Counted from the first letter of the whole stretch, positions 11,495 to 28,606 are shown. The stretch: 63,663 bases of DNA, filler included, from Intoshia linei (GCA_001642005.1; 7 parts of 7 records of this genome joined end to end with filler, not necessarily neighbours in it); one strand, 5' to 3'. The notes: generated from the letters alone by a model not told the origin. Numbers and translations are program-made.

Positions 11495-14132
11495 CTATTT
11501 TTGATTAATGAATTTGGTGGTATGACCAGGGCTACTACATTTCCCGATATTTTTCAATGAAAAATAAATAGTATATCTACTGGATATTGCAGTAGTACTT
11601 ATAAAAATTTTAGTGGGTATGATAGTTGACACGTTTTCATCTTTATAAAGGTTTAAAGTAAGTACAGACAGGGTCATATGTTCCGTGTTTACAATTATGA
11701 AGGCCTACTTTTTTAATTTATTAATAGGTATTGATGAAAAATTTCTTAAGTATATCATAATTTCGATAATCAATGTGATTTCCAATGGTTATTTTTAATT
11801 TTTAGATAATGAATGTTCGATTAATTAATGTATAAAGGTCCATTTTTAAAAATGTTTTTAAAGGGGCCTATACTTTCCATCGCGCCTGAGCCTACTGCTG
11901 GCTCTCCACGACCATTATTATGACCAAATCAGCTTTAATTCTTAAATTTTATCCGTTTAATTTAAGTAACTAGTTAACACTTTATTTATAATTAATATTG
12001 TATTAATTGATTTTTAATCAGGGGTGCACAGTCATTAATATCAATATTTGGGGGTGCATAGGTCAAAAAAGGTTAAGAACCACTGGCCTAAAGGATTTAA
12101 ATAATTTATTAATAATAATTATTATTTCATATTTACCATTGATAAAATTCCGAAAGAATAAAACACTAAGAATCTTGTTCCATGTACAATAATATTAAGA
12201 ATAGATAGTGCACAATTCTGTTTGAAATTGCATTGAATCTAATATTACTTGTACACTGTACAGTGATAATATATTTTTTCTTACATTATCGTTATCAATA
12301 TGAATTGGAATTTTATTGTTTTTGAGCAAAACATTCACAAATAGATCCTATAATAAAAAAATTAAAATATATGCTATATATAATATATGTATTATTTTAA
12401 AACATATTTTTATTATTTCGGACATGATTTGTAAAAATGGACTGTGATAAGGTCATATTAAATAAAAAAATGCCTAAATCAGGATTAAAATTCGATACCG
12501 CAGAATACCATTATATGATTATACCAGAAAGGCACCACAAGTATATATCAAAAGTATATATTCGAATCTCGATAATGATATATTAATACAATATCAAGCA
12601 TTTATCAAGCGTTTGATGACTAAGAAATGTACAAAATGCTAATGAACACAATCAAATCCTTTATTTCTAATGATTATCGTATAATGGATAGGTGGAAGGC
12701 ACTTATTGTGAAATGACCGAAATAAAGAAATGTAAATATTTATATAAATATCTTACTTAACAAGAAACAAGTAAATAAGAAACAAGGTGCCAAACATATG
12801 TTGATTATAAATAATACTTTACCGGTCGTTTGAAAAGTAGTATAAGCAATATAATATAACATATGGCAACCGAAGCATCCACAACAATCATCTATAATTA
12901 AATATATTAATTTTAAACTACATTTAATTTATTTACATGTTAATATCACAAATACACTTAGACTCAAAGTTTAACTGTAAAATATATAATAAAAAATTTT
13001 TTTAAATATTTGTTTTTGTGCGTTTCTATTTCCGTAACAACCTTAATTTTGTATTATTCAGAATTTTATCAAATTCGGATTATTTTACTTATTTCAATTT
13101 TATTTGTTGCACAAATTCGAAGAGTTAATGTTTATTGTTATTAATAATATTAATCCTTACTTAATTATGTTCTCTATCCATATATAGTAAAAGTTGGTGA
13201 AAATTTGTGTCTGTCTTTCCGACTGTTAAGGTGTAACCATTTATTAAGAAAACTGAGAGACCCAGAAATTTTATAAACAAAAATGCTAAGTCAGTTTTTT
13301 CGGTGCAGAAATTAAGATAAAATTAAAAAAATATATATTAAAATACACATTTTAAAATGATGAGCATTATGATACATTTCAATCTCAAAAACGTATATCT
13401 TACTTTCTCCAAAACACTAAATTAGCCTTAATCTTGAAAAATGAAGAAAACTAAGTCTTACGACATTAAAAAAAATTTTATTAAAATAAGACATGAAAAA
13501 ATTAATAGTCCAGGAATTTTAAAAATAGATTATTCTGATAGAGTTTATTTTTATTCAATTAAAGAAATAATTTTAACTTCATAAGTATACGTTAATTAAT
13601 TCCTAATGCAAAAGTACTTTTAATATATTATCAACCAATATTTAATTAAATTTAAAAATGAAAATGTAAATATTCCTACTAAAAGAGTATTTACTACATG
13701 TATGATTTAAATATAACTACCAATCAATGTTGATTCGTAATCGTAATTCAATTAAAAGAATTTTATACAATTCATTTGAAGTTTATTAATGACTTTACAA
13801 ATTTCTTACATAATGTATATATTATACATATATACTATATTCAATATTAAATACTAAAAATAAAATAGAAGTAAAAAGCCCAAATGTATAAGTAAAAGTA
13901 TTACTATCATAACAAACATTCGATTTTTGAATAATTGAGCTAGCGTTGTCATAAAGAAGGTACATATAGATATTACAACAGTGATAAATATAATATTTCC
14001 TTCAATTTGTAGTATTGCAATTTTCGTTTCAACTTCTCTGAATGATTCATTGAGCAAAAGGTTTTGAATATTTATATTTTTGTAAAAAAAGTAAATCATC
14101 ACATCATACACAGCAATAGTAAATAATATCAA
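11495..14132 (-). CDS. Putative multi-exon gene for an unknown membrane protein
   Basis: Three consecutive phase-0 open AG/GT-bounded exons (12347-12285, 12238-12137, 11704-11495). Hydrophobic AG-preceded segments occur at ~12890-12823 and 14132-13855. No family recognised, and the upstream exon chain is not resolved. Confidence 0.4.
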
Positions 14133-14929
14133 CTAAATTATATATAAAATGGGTAAAATTGATAAATGATAATTAAATATAATTAAGTATAATTTTCAGA
14201 GTGATAGTTCGATATCGTTGTAAATAAGCTGTGTTAAAATTCTAGACCTGTCAAAAATCACTCTACGCTGACGAGTCTATCAGTGGTTATCAATTAAAGG
14301 TCATTCATATTCATATTTCGAACCACGACCCCCAAGTTGGGATATATCACTGAAACTCTCAATGTTATTTGTATCAAAGCGTAAAATTCTTTACAAGTTT
14401 CCATGTTATGCATACTACTATTCCAGTGAGTTGCTTTCTTTTCACTAATCATGGCAATGTAGATATAATTTTAGCTAAAAAATCACTTTTTTTATCTTTC
14501 TCGAATATCATTCATATAATTATAATACAATTCAGTAATTCATAGAAATGTTGTTGTTGACTTTTAAAAAATAAATAAAAACTTAATAAACTACAATTCC
14601 GTCGATGTAGGTCTACCAACACTGCTCAAATAAATTAAAAAACAATTTAAAAAAATACATTGTATACATGTATCTATATTAGTTTATATTTTACCCTTAG
14701 TTTAAAAATAACTGACAACAATTTAAATAATTCACGAATAATAGAAACATCAAAGCTTATTAGTTTTCTTTTAAATTATTATTATTAAAATTATCTTATT
14801 TAATTTTTTATAGCAAACCTCAAGGCAAGTATGTAACTTATAATATGTATAATATATAATTATAATATATAATTATAATATAATCTAGGCTCTAATATAT
14901 CTGGTTCTCAATTAATTCTCAAAATGTTT

Positions 14930-15332
14930 GCCCTTCTGTATTTTTCATTATGGGGATGTGAGCCTTCAAAATTTCTTTATCCACTGAAGTATTTGAACTG
15001 TCAAGAATATTATTGTGTTTTCCAACATCTTACACGATTCAAAGTGGATTCAGTTCTGTAAAAAAAATATTGAATAAACATAGAAAAAAAATTAACATAT
15101 GTCAAAGATGGGATATTTTTATCAAATTAACCAGTATAAAACTACGAATTAAGGAGTTGCAACCTAATCACCAATCCATAAGATAATGATAATCACCATA
15201 AGATTAATTAAGGATTATAATTGATTTGATTTTATAAAAATTATAGTTTATTTTATCATAGGGGTCCTGATTTAAAAATTTATCAATTATGGTGGAATGG
15301 GGGCGTTGGTTTAAAAATATTGAGAATCCTGC
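14930..15332 (+). pseudogene. hAT transposase C-terminal fragment with right terminus
   Basis: RILLCFPTSYTIQSGFSSV resembles the hAT dimerisation motif (LLPFPSTYLCExGFS). The fragment ends in a TIR-like TTGAGAATCCTG. Confidence 0.65.
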
Positions 15333-15539
15333 ATTAAAGTGTTTCACAAATTGAAATCAGTTTTAGCGGTAGAAAGAATTAATCTAATATTATAACTACA
15401 AACGCTATGTCCCATTAAAATATTCTTACAAATTGAAGCGATCAGTTGCGAAGCATGATTAAATTTTCAATTTAACTCTAATTTAAACATGCATATTATA
15501 GTTTTTTTATAATAATATATAGATAGAGAACATCTATAA

Positions 15540-15871
15540 CATGGGTTCTTAACCGGGAGTGCCAGAAATATTTTCGAAAATAAAGCTAATTTCATTTCTA
15601 TCCATCAGTATCAAAGTGTGTTAGTTCAGTTAAATTCAATGTATCAGCACATCATTGTGTCATAATGCAATGCAATTATACTAATTTGTCCTTATTAATT
15701 ATTGGTCTTTTGAATAGAAAATGAAACTAGACAAATCGAAGTATATATTTTTTTGTTACTATGGTTTTAATATTAAACAAAAATCGAAATTAAATTTATT
15801 AAATTTTTGGGGGTGCCAAATCGATTTTTTTTAAGTAGGGGTTCCCAGTGAAAAAAGGTTAAGAACCCATG
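15540..15871. mobile_element. Intact hAT MITE
   Basis: Perfect 15-bp TIR CATGGGTTCTTAACC and perfect 8-bp TSD ATCTATAA (15532-15539, 15872-15879). Confidence 0.92.
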
Positions 15872-15909
15872 ATCTATAATGAATAATTTTGCATTTCAGT
15901 TATGTGAAC

Positions 15910-16112
15910 TATAAATCCAACCATTTTTACTAAACATCCACTTTTAACAACCTTTAAGGGAAAAATCCAATTTTTACCAACCCTTATGGGAAAACCCACT
16001 TTTACCAACTTTTATGTGAAAATGAAAATGCAAACAGCGTTGCTGCTTGCTTCAGGCGTGCTTGAAGGGATGAATTTTCGTAAAAATGGTTGGATTTAAG
16101 TAGACACCCTTA
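15910..16112. repeat. MITE with AAATCCAACCATTTTTAC inverted ends and internal ~30-bp tandem units; relatives at ~24715-24845, ~34730-34765, ~39800-40040
   Basis: aaatccaaccatttttac at 15914 pairs with gtaaaaatggttggattt at 16080. Repeated acc(c)tt(t)aagggaaaa..cca.tttt units lie inside. Confidence 0.6.
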
Positions 16113-17499
16113 AATAAATAAAGGTATGTTTACGTTTATTTTATTAAAAGACGTTTTAAAAAATAAGCGAAGAAAATCTTAATTAAAACATAGTCTATAC
16201 ATAATCGTGATCAGCGCATAAAAATACATCTATATGCAAATATACTTTTTGATCTTTAAAAAAGTGGACATCCTAATGACCATAGTTTATCCATGACGCT
16301 AAATTTAAAATTAAATATGAACTGCGTGGAACCAATGAATTAACCACGCATTCGTTAAAAATTGATGTAAATTTAGTCAAATTTCGTTGTTGTAGTTTAA
16401 ATTTAAATTTTAAACAAAATGTTTTGAAAATGAGAATGAAAAATTGCGAAGGAATGAATTATATAGATTTTCACCCCCTTGGAAACGTAAATGTGAAAAT
16501 GATTTGTACGTTATAAGAAAAATAAATTGTCAACAATTTTTACTCTATTTATAAACAATGAAATACATTCAAAATAAGTTGAAATAAACAAGTTAACTAT
16601 GAAATTACAATTATTTAAATTTTGTATAACGTTCACTAATAGTGTCACTATAAATAATCTCCACTGTAATAATCAAAACATATCCATAAATAAAAATATA
16701 CCAAAGCAAGTATATGAATAACGAAACTAATATATCCATTCTTTTTCATATTGTATTGTAATCAAATCGTCTGATATAAAAATAGGTAAAGTATAAATTA
16801 GGTAGGTGAATTTTATTATAAGATAAATATTTAGTTTGTTAAATATATAATTAATTGTTATTTACTTTTCGGGTATTCCATTTCAAGACTGTAAGAGAAC
16901 CTTAATATAATTTTGCAGTTTTTTTTCAGTGGGGTCTGGTATATTTTTAAGAGTAAAAGTGGGAACTAGCATAAAAAAGGTTGGGAAACACTGATGAAGA
17001 CTTTATTTCTTCATATCAATTTTAATATTGAGATACTCTTTATTAAAGTATATACAGCGTAAGAATATCATTAACCTCCATTTAACTCTGTGAGGATCCA
17101 TCGCACGTAATCGATGGATAATATTAATAAATTTTATAATCGCAAAAGCCTGTGCGATATTTTATTATTTGAGTAAACAATTTAACATTTATTGGCTTCT
17201 AATTTCTTCTGTAATTTAAGCTTAACACATTAAAGTATATATTAGTGCAAAAATGAGATGTGATGTAATAAATACAATGCAATTCCACATAGATTGTTTA
17301 TATTTTACAATAACGAATATTCCTTTAAGGGTTAAGACTGTTTACTTTATTAAGTTTCTAGTACCGCAAACATTTTGTATAACAGCTTTTATAAAAAAAC
17401 AATGTATGAAAGCGTAATACAGTATTTGTCGATTTAAACAACATTTTTCTAAAAAATAGTGTGCTTTAAATTATTATTTACAATTTAATTATTTGTTAA

Positions 17500-17870
17500 T
17501 TCAATTTAAAACTTATAAAAATCGAATTTTAAACACATCGGTTCTACGATTGGAGGATCAAGTTGGATATTTCAACAAGATAACGCACCAATACACGTCT
17601 ACAAAATATCCAAAAGTTGGTTTGAAAATAATGACATAAATCATCTAAAGTAGCCTTCTCTATCTCCAGAGCTAAACCCTACATAGAATATATGGGGCAT
17701 TCTTGCATGTCAGGTTTATAAAAATGAAAAACAATGATTCCATACAATACCTGAAAATAGGTATCATTTCTGTATGTAATGAAATGTTTTTCAAAACGTA
17801 GTGAACTATATGCCTAACAGAATGTTTGAACTAGCAAAATCCAATGGGAAAAAAATAAAAAAAATTAAAT
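17500..17870 (+). pseudogene. Tc1-family transposase remnant; inverted second copy at ~62320-62670
   Basis: FQQDNAPIH...*PSLSPELNP..NIWG with stops. A related copy reads on the minus strand at 62320-62670. Confidence 0.75.
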
Positions 17871-18560
17871 ATTTTCATATTAAATTTTAAGATTTTCTTA
17901 ATAAAAATTATTATGTAAAAACGAATTATTATTATGTAGATTAAATTATTTTTCGTCACATTTGTTTTTATCAGATATTATGTAAATATTAACATTAATA
18001 TGTAAGTTATTATTGTCTTGTCTCAATATTCCTGCGTTTATCAAATTTTCAATTCTATTTATATTTTTTTTAATACTATAAAAATCTAAGTAACGATAGA
18101 GCAATATTAGAGTAACTATCGTTAAACTCACTTCACTCTAGAATGAATATATTATGTTAATTCATTTTATACATGAAATATAATGTTTGGTATATAAGTT
18201 TTTAGTAGTACACTATTGAAGTTGCTGTTAGTACTTAATATCTATATTAATAACTTATTATCTCGTTACCAAATGTATTTATAACTTCATTTTTATGAGT
18301 TTATACACCCGATTACGCTATTATCTATTTTTTAAATAAATGCTTAATTTTTTTTGATATACCCCATCAACGAATCTTTATCACCTTTCTTACTATGTTG
18401 ACACCATAATGTAGGTCGAATCCACCTGATGCTTACTAATTTCAAAATAAAATGCTAACCTCACTTGTGAAATTTAAATAAGATTGCTCTGTAGAGTATG
18501 TATTTTTTATATGGTTTAATTTAAATATAAAATTAGACATTAAATTAGTCCATTCGTAAT

Positions 18561-21500
18561 TTATGAATTAGAAAATTTTGGTTTCCTTTTTTCGACAAAT
18601 GCAGACATACCTTCTTTCTGGTCATTCTAAAAATAAATATTCTTATAAGCGGACATTGTTTACTTAAAAACCACCTACTTTATTATATTAATACTACAAA
18701 TATTGTACGTATAGTATTCGTAATATTATAAAATTAATTGTAGTGTGTTAATTTTTATATGATGTTTATTTACATGATCATTGATCACAGTTTTTTCAAA
18801 TTTAAAATAAAAATAGTGTAAAATATAATGGATACTATTTAATGCTCCGACTAATTTAATATTTATAACGAAAATTTAATTAATTTAACATTATTTAATA
18901 AGTACTGTGGTTGTCTAACTTAATGCTCAAGCGTATAATATAATTATTGTACCATCTCACTTAACATTCGAAACGTTTGAATCAATTTATAAATTTCTGT
19001 CGATCACCACAAATCAACATTTATCATAAGCCGTTTTTTTATGGATAAAAATTTTTAAGTAAATTTTTGAGTTATTATTATTGAACCATTTAATTTAATA
19101 GTTACAACATATCTAATTAATTTCGCTTCCATAATTATGTAATTAATTCTTATAATTATAAAACGATCAGTACTAATGAAAATTCGTGTAAAGCTGGTTT
19201 ATACTTGTTATATCATAATAATCATCTGTTATATCTTTGTATTTGTTTCTGGACATATATCATCGACAGCCATCAATATACAGTTTTTAATAAAATAACC
19301 ATCCAAAAAAGGTTTAGAAGTCGAAGCTATTTATTGACAAATTTTATAGCTGACTTTGAGTGATCCAACTCCAATTTCGTTAATTTTCTGAAACATAGAT
19401 TGTTGTTTCCAAAATTCTATTTCAAATTCTCTTAATTTAGTATTTCGTATTTTTCAAAAAAATATTCATCATATTCAACTACATGATTCATGGTATAATG
19501 TCTTTTTACGTTATATAGTTTAATCACTCCTAACTGATGCTTACAAAGTAAACATGTTGGTTTACCATTAAAATTAGTAAAAAAATATAAATTTTTCCAT
19601 TTTTCTTGTATCAAACCATGTTCTTCGTTGATTTTTCCCTTTTTTGAAAGCATGACTAAGCACTAACGATAATAAATTCAATATAAAAATAATACGTTAA
19701 ATCAACGTCGTTGATATTATAATATCTAATGTTGAAATTTTAATCATGAATAAATACATACATGTAATAATGTAAATAATAAAAAATAAAAATTAATATT
19801 ATAACGCGGGGCATAATTGACACCCCTGCTATAGACGCTGGTGAAATTAGACGCTGTAACTATTAAATTATATGTTGCAATAATAATAACTCAAATATAA
19901 TCATCAATAACAACATAAATAATCACAGTCGAAAATGTAGCATAAAATAGAGATCTTTCATATTCCAATCCACTCGACAGAGTTGATTCATAAGCTAAAT
20001 AAAACATTAAATATGGTATTAAAATGTAAATATTAATTACCAAAAAAAATTAATATTTTTAATTCAATTTTTTTCAAATTTATTTTAAATAATTTTTAAT
20101 GTAATGTAATAAATGTAATTGTCTAAATTTCAATGGATTAATTGGAAATACACTTCAAAGTTAGTTATTCATTTAGAAATTTTTAATAAAATTTTAGGAA
20201 GGTTTTCTAGTAATTCAATTTTAAACTGTAAAAAATTGAAAAAACTTAATGTGAAATTAACGGTTTACACCAAAAAAAAGTTTGAATATAAAAAATTGAC
20301 CTTGCAGAGCATTAATTACTATAGTACAATCATTCCCAACATATTTCACAGTTGGTACCCCTAAATTAAAAAAATATAATTTAGTATCCCATAATAATTT
20401 AAATTTAGTGTAACTACGACACCTCATCAATTGAAAAAAAATGTTTTAAAAATTGAAAATTGTTAAAACTACTTAACCAAAAATCAATATCTGAAAAGTC
20501 GTTTATGATTAAACTAACGAAATATAGTCGTACATTATGGAGTCCTGATTATTCGAAAATTTGAAAAACTTGTTATCGAATAATTCCGGTTATGTGAACA
20601 GCGATTATCCGATTAATCGGAATTTAAAATTTTTAACATAAAAACCAATAATCCTTACTTATATAATATGCTACGCCATTTTTGTTTGTGTGTGTGTTCC
20701 AATTTATTTAAATAACTACCCGTCTTAGAATTTTATATTTCGTAGATAATATTTAATATGCAATCTTAAAATCACAGAAACTATCAAATAGACGTAAATA
20801 CATAATAAACTAAGTATATTATTACAAATTAATTTCTATTATCTATTATTTTTATGAATTTAAAAAATATCTATAATTTATGAGTCATAGTATCAGACGA
20901 GCTGGTACCTCAAAATAATTTCTGGTATCCCTTAGAGGTCCCAGTACCCCACTTGGGAACCGTTTTCATAGTATAAGAAATATATTTTTACATTTAAAGC
21001 GCTAATAAATCTATTTGTCTAAAAATGTGTAAAAATATAATATTAAACATAAAATAACCTTCATTAACAGCTTTTTTAGCCATCGAGACAATAATAGGAG
21101 ATTTTTGTGAAATTTTATCGGCGGTTTTTATAGCTTCATCAAGTAATTTCGTTTTTTCGAATATTTTGCTAATTAAACCTAAAATTAATTACTTGAAAAA
21201 AATTCCGACAGAGTGGAAGCTACCGGCACTGAGACCCATCCTCTGGAGAGCCGCCGCAAAATTTTTAAAAATGGTGAACTTGTTTTTCCAAATTAAGCAT
21301 TTAAAAAATAATACAATTTTCAATTTTATAACTCTAATTCAGGTTTGTGAAGACGTGTCTGAAAAAAGCAATTTTTATGTGTATATGGCATAACGTATCG
21401 TTAGCAAAAATATTTTGGGGTTATTATTATATTGTCAATGGTAGGTACGCTCTATATGCCGATATCAGAAAATTCGTCACTCTTGAATATTTAGTAGAGG

Positions 21501-21618
21501 TTAAAAATGATACCAGCTTCTTTAGCCTCAGCGGCAGATATCATATCACCAGTCAGAATCATTTCCATTGCTAGCGATTTTCCAACATATCTAGGAAGTC
21601 TCTGTGAACCACCTCCAC
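18561..21618 (-). CDS. ECHS1: Mitochondrial short-chain enoyl-CoA hydratase, 3' part (exons 21618-21514, 21178-21059, 19994-19927, 18626-18561)
   Basis: [25 protein letters not shown]...GLISKIF...[50 protein letters not shown] is the ECHS1 C-terminal half. The ORF track misses it because the exons are short. No upstream exons are found before the spacer at 22302. Confidence 0.93.
19200..19828 (-). mobile_element. 5' part of a GTF2IRD2/SPIN-like hAT element in an ECHS1 intron
   Basis: Terminus CAGGGGTGTCAA at 19828, then ORF 19653-19432 with a BED-like finger ([23 protein letters not shown]). Confidence 0.8.
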
Positions 21619-22525
21619 CTAATTATATAATTAATTTAAAAATTTACACCATAACCACTGGGGCATGCTTCTTAAACTTTTTTGGTTGTGCACCCCTTAA
21701 TTAATTATAATTAAATAAATTAAATTAATTAATTATATCTATTTTCCGTGTTGTCAACATTGTAAATGGCTTTACTGAAAGAGGAGTGCTGGTCAATAAA
21801 GCCAATGAGTCATTAAAACTGACTATTTTTGTAGATCTTTTAAATATTAAGGTAATTGTATATATATATAATTATATATATACAATTTTATATTATAATA
21901 TAAGGGTGTCTGTTTAATTTTATTAAATTAGATTAACCAAACTTTAAAGGGGTTTAAGGATACCTAAGATTATCAAAATGTTAATTGAGTCTTAAAAATG
22001 CAAAAAGCTAATATTGTTTCATTTTTCGAATTGATCAGAACCCGAAGAGCTATAATTTTAAAAAATCCATCAGATGTTATACACACCGTTAAAAATTCAA
22101 CAATTATATTACCATAATCATGAGCCCTTTTCCCGTCAAATTGCAGACAAAAATCTTTTTTAAAGAACTGAATATCTTAATTTATTTTATCTGTACAACA
22201 ACCAATTCTTTGTTCAAAGCACGCATGCACATTGTTCTACAAAAAAAGATAGAATTAGTGATTGTTTTTAGAATCGTTTGCATTTTACGTGAAGAAGTTT
22301 CNNNNNNNNNNNNNNNNNNNNNNNNNNNNNNNNNNNNNNNNNNNNTTAATTAATTAANNNNNNNNNNNNNNNNNNNNNNNNNNNNNNNNNNNNNNNNNNN
22401 NATTTCCCAGGCCCCACCAAATTTCCAATGTCCCACCAAAAATTTCGTCATGCCCTACCAGTGGGGCCTGACCCCACGGTTAGGAAACACTGATCTACTT
22501 GTACCATCAAATGATTACTGTTTAG

Positions 22526-25501
<2,976 letters not shown>

Positions 25502-25861
25502 ACGCATTTTTAATTTCTTTTTAAAAATATGTTTATATTAACGTGGTATTTAATTCTCATAGTGGTAATGCGTACCTCTGGGTGCACAAAAATATATATT
25601 ACATCATAAGTACATCGTAAGTTTTTTTTAAGTTTATATAGAATTACGCAAGTATTAAAAATAATTAATTAAATTCAATCCAAATCGAATTATAATTATA
25701 TTGAACGGTAAATTTGTGCAAAATCTAATTTTTGCTATTATAAATATTATTGGCGTCTAAATGTATTAATTTCCAGTTTATGTTAACAGGTAAATAATAA
25801 TTGGTCATTCTAACTTAATTGATAAACTGTATTGGGACCATAAAAGTTGAGAATCACCTGA

Positions 25862-27048
25862 TTATAAATTTATTTGACAAATTTTATATACACTCACATC
25901 AAAGGAAGAAACAATTCCTAAATAAAAATTAACATTTTCAGGCACATTTTGAGTCATTTTAGATATAGTATCAATGTTGGTTTTAAAGTTTAGACTAAGA
26001 TTAAATATAATATAAACATAATGAAATAAAACTTTGTGAATTGCATTAAAAAATCATTTTTGACATTTTTGTTTTTGGAATAATTAGTTTCACTTCTGTA
26101 ACCATCATATAGCTTTGAACAATTAGAAAATCCTTCAAATCTATAAATCAATAAAATTAAACCAGTCCTGTATAAAGAGTTGGTCCACAATACAAAATGA
26201 TTAATTTTAAATTATCCAGTTTTTATGATACGGCTTTACCGTTGATTTTATATGATAATATTCTGTGGGTCCAAATTTTTTTTTAATTTAAAGGTGACGC
26301 AATAAGTACATTTTTAATTAAAATGTAACTAAAACGAAAAAATGGGTGAAATATACTTTTAAAAATACCGAGGTGGTAAAGTATCCATTGTTACGTTAAA
26401 AGCACGAGTTTGACGCAAAACAAAAGATCTACGTAAAAATCTCTCAAATCCAATAATTGTATAACTACAAATATGTCTGAGTATAAGACAAAAAGTTTCA
26501 TTAGTCGATAATGCCATTCCTTCATATAAAATAATAGCACTCCCCTAAATAAAATATCTATTATATCTCAATTAGAAATTTTATAAAAATATACCTTATC
26601 AATCAAATAATAAGCTTCCTCTAATGAAAATGTGTAATTTCCATTAAAAATATAACCCATATATTTCCAAAATTTATCCTAAATGAGAATAACAACACTA
26701 TAAAATTTAGATATACATAATTTCCAAATATTATTTTAAAATATCCAGATGTGCAAAATTCCAGTCCAATGACATTATTTCTAAAATTGTAAACAATAAA
26801 AATTAAAGAATAATCAATAATTACAAATTATAAACTCTATTTTTAGAAAAAATCAAATTTTGAATTTCATTGAATGCACTTAAATTTGAATTGTTATCAT
26901 CAGTACATTTCAATTTATTTTTGTAATTGTCCAAATATTTGACAATTTTTTTGTTTACATTGGTGCATTTTTCTACTAAGGATTTAATTTCATTTTTATT
27001 TTTTACTATTTGATAAACGTATAATTTGTCTTTTTCCAGTGGTTTCAT
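25862..27048 (-). CDS. TSEN54: tRNA-splicing endonuclease subunit Sen54
   Basis: DKFWKYMGYIFNGNYTFSLEEAYYLIDK|GSAIILYEGMALSTNETF matches the Sen54 N-domain (GKFWQTMG...PEEALYLLECGSI..LPLSIQEAY). C-terminal YDGY...FYLGIVSSFDVSVY fits the Sen54 tail. The start codon and middle exons are uncertain. Confidence 0.75.
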
Positions 27049-27346
27049 CGGATTTATTGCTAGAATAAAATTAACGTTTTTTATCAGAATAAAAGTTGAG
27101 CAGGTAATTCATATTTACGTTACAAAATTTGTATAATTTCAATGTCTTTATATTTACTTGGTTTTAACTTTATTTTCTTTATACATATTGCACAAATTTT
27201 TAATTATTATTTCAAATACATTAAATTTTAAAAGTTAAAATAGTTATGAAAACTAATTTGTCCGACCTGGCTGAAATTTTCTGAAAATTGAACCGCAAAG
27301 ACAATACCAACGTATTAAAAAAACATTTCTCATCATGTATGACCAT

Positions 27347-27957
27347 TAGGGTGTCACATTTTTTTTAAATTTTTAGAATTTAATGGGCGGTTAGTAATCA
27401 ATATGTGTATTTTTAAAATAGAAGCATTATGTCGCAATTAAAAATATCTAATGATACTTATCCAAGTTGCGCTTATTATTTGAAATATCCTTTTGAAAAT
27501 CGTATAGAAAAATTTAAATTTATTTTTTGCGAAAACAACGTTGTGGTAAGTTGTCATGGTTTATATTTTATGGTCTCAACACCCACGCTTAACTATGCAA
27601 TTCAATTTTTAAAATTTGGTTCTAGCTCGATTTTTGTGGTTTTTATCGACATTCAAATTTCGGATAGATTGAAAATTTTATAAACATTATTGCATAAATA
27701 ATAATTAAATGTATAGTTAAGCGTTGGGTGTTGATACCATCAAATATAAACAATGACAACTTATCACAATGTTGTTTTATCAAAAAATAAAGTTAACTTT
27801 AAATTTTCTATACTATTTTCAAAAGGATATTTAAAATGCTGAGCGCAACTCGAATCGGCATCTTTGCAACACCCCATTCTAGATTATTTTATGTATCATG
27901 ATAATACACCATTTCCGCAGTAACCGCCCTTAATTCTTTGATGGGTGTGACACGCTA
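27347..27957. mobile_element. hAT-type fold-back MITE
   Basis: TIR TAGGGTGTCACA/TGTGACACGCTA; near-perfect 8-bp TSD (ATGACCAT/GTGACCAT); internal inverted arms at ~27460-27602 and ~27708-27855. Confidence 0.75.
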
Positions 27958-28297
27958 GTGACCATATTTATCTATATGTCTATCCATTGTTGTTGTAAAA
28001 CAATAAACATTGTAATTTTTGATTACGGGTTGTTAGATTAACCAGATCCGAATCTACCGTACACGATAATTTTCTTCGGATGGGGCTCTACAAAATTTTT
28101 TGTAAAATGGTGGCCTTATTTTTCAATATCAGCTGTCAATTTTAGGCGTATAGGAGAGGGGTATGATATTGAAATTATGAAGTATGTATAAAATATATAA
28201 ATGGAAAATTTTTTAAGGGATCTCGATCGTGGTAGGTTCGGTTCTAGATTAATCCTTCGGTTTCATCGATTACACTTTGGAACTCGTTGCGTTAGAC

Positions 28298-28606
28298 CAG
28301 GGGTGCACAACGTACGGCTGCATGCGTTCTGAGAGTGTTTATTTGAGACCGTGAGTAATCCATATGATCATAATGAATATATCATTTTACTTCAAATTGA
28401 AAAGTTTAAATCAGATTTTATTCAAGGACTATTCAATTTTATTTAATATTTGTATTTAAAAAGTCACATTTTTGACTTTGGCCACTTTCTCAAAATGGAT
28501 TTAAACTTTATCAGTGTAAAAGTTAACTTTGTATATACTATTTGCCGTAGTATCAATTAGTAAAGTAGCTTTGCGGGTGAATTTGTAGAAAGGTTGTGCA
28601 CCCCTG
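28298..28606. mobile_element. Intact hAT MITE
   Basis: Perfect 14-bp TIR CAGGGGTGCACAAC and perfect 8-bp TSD CGTTAGAC (28290-28297, 28607-28614). Confidence 0.92.
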
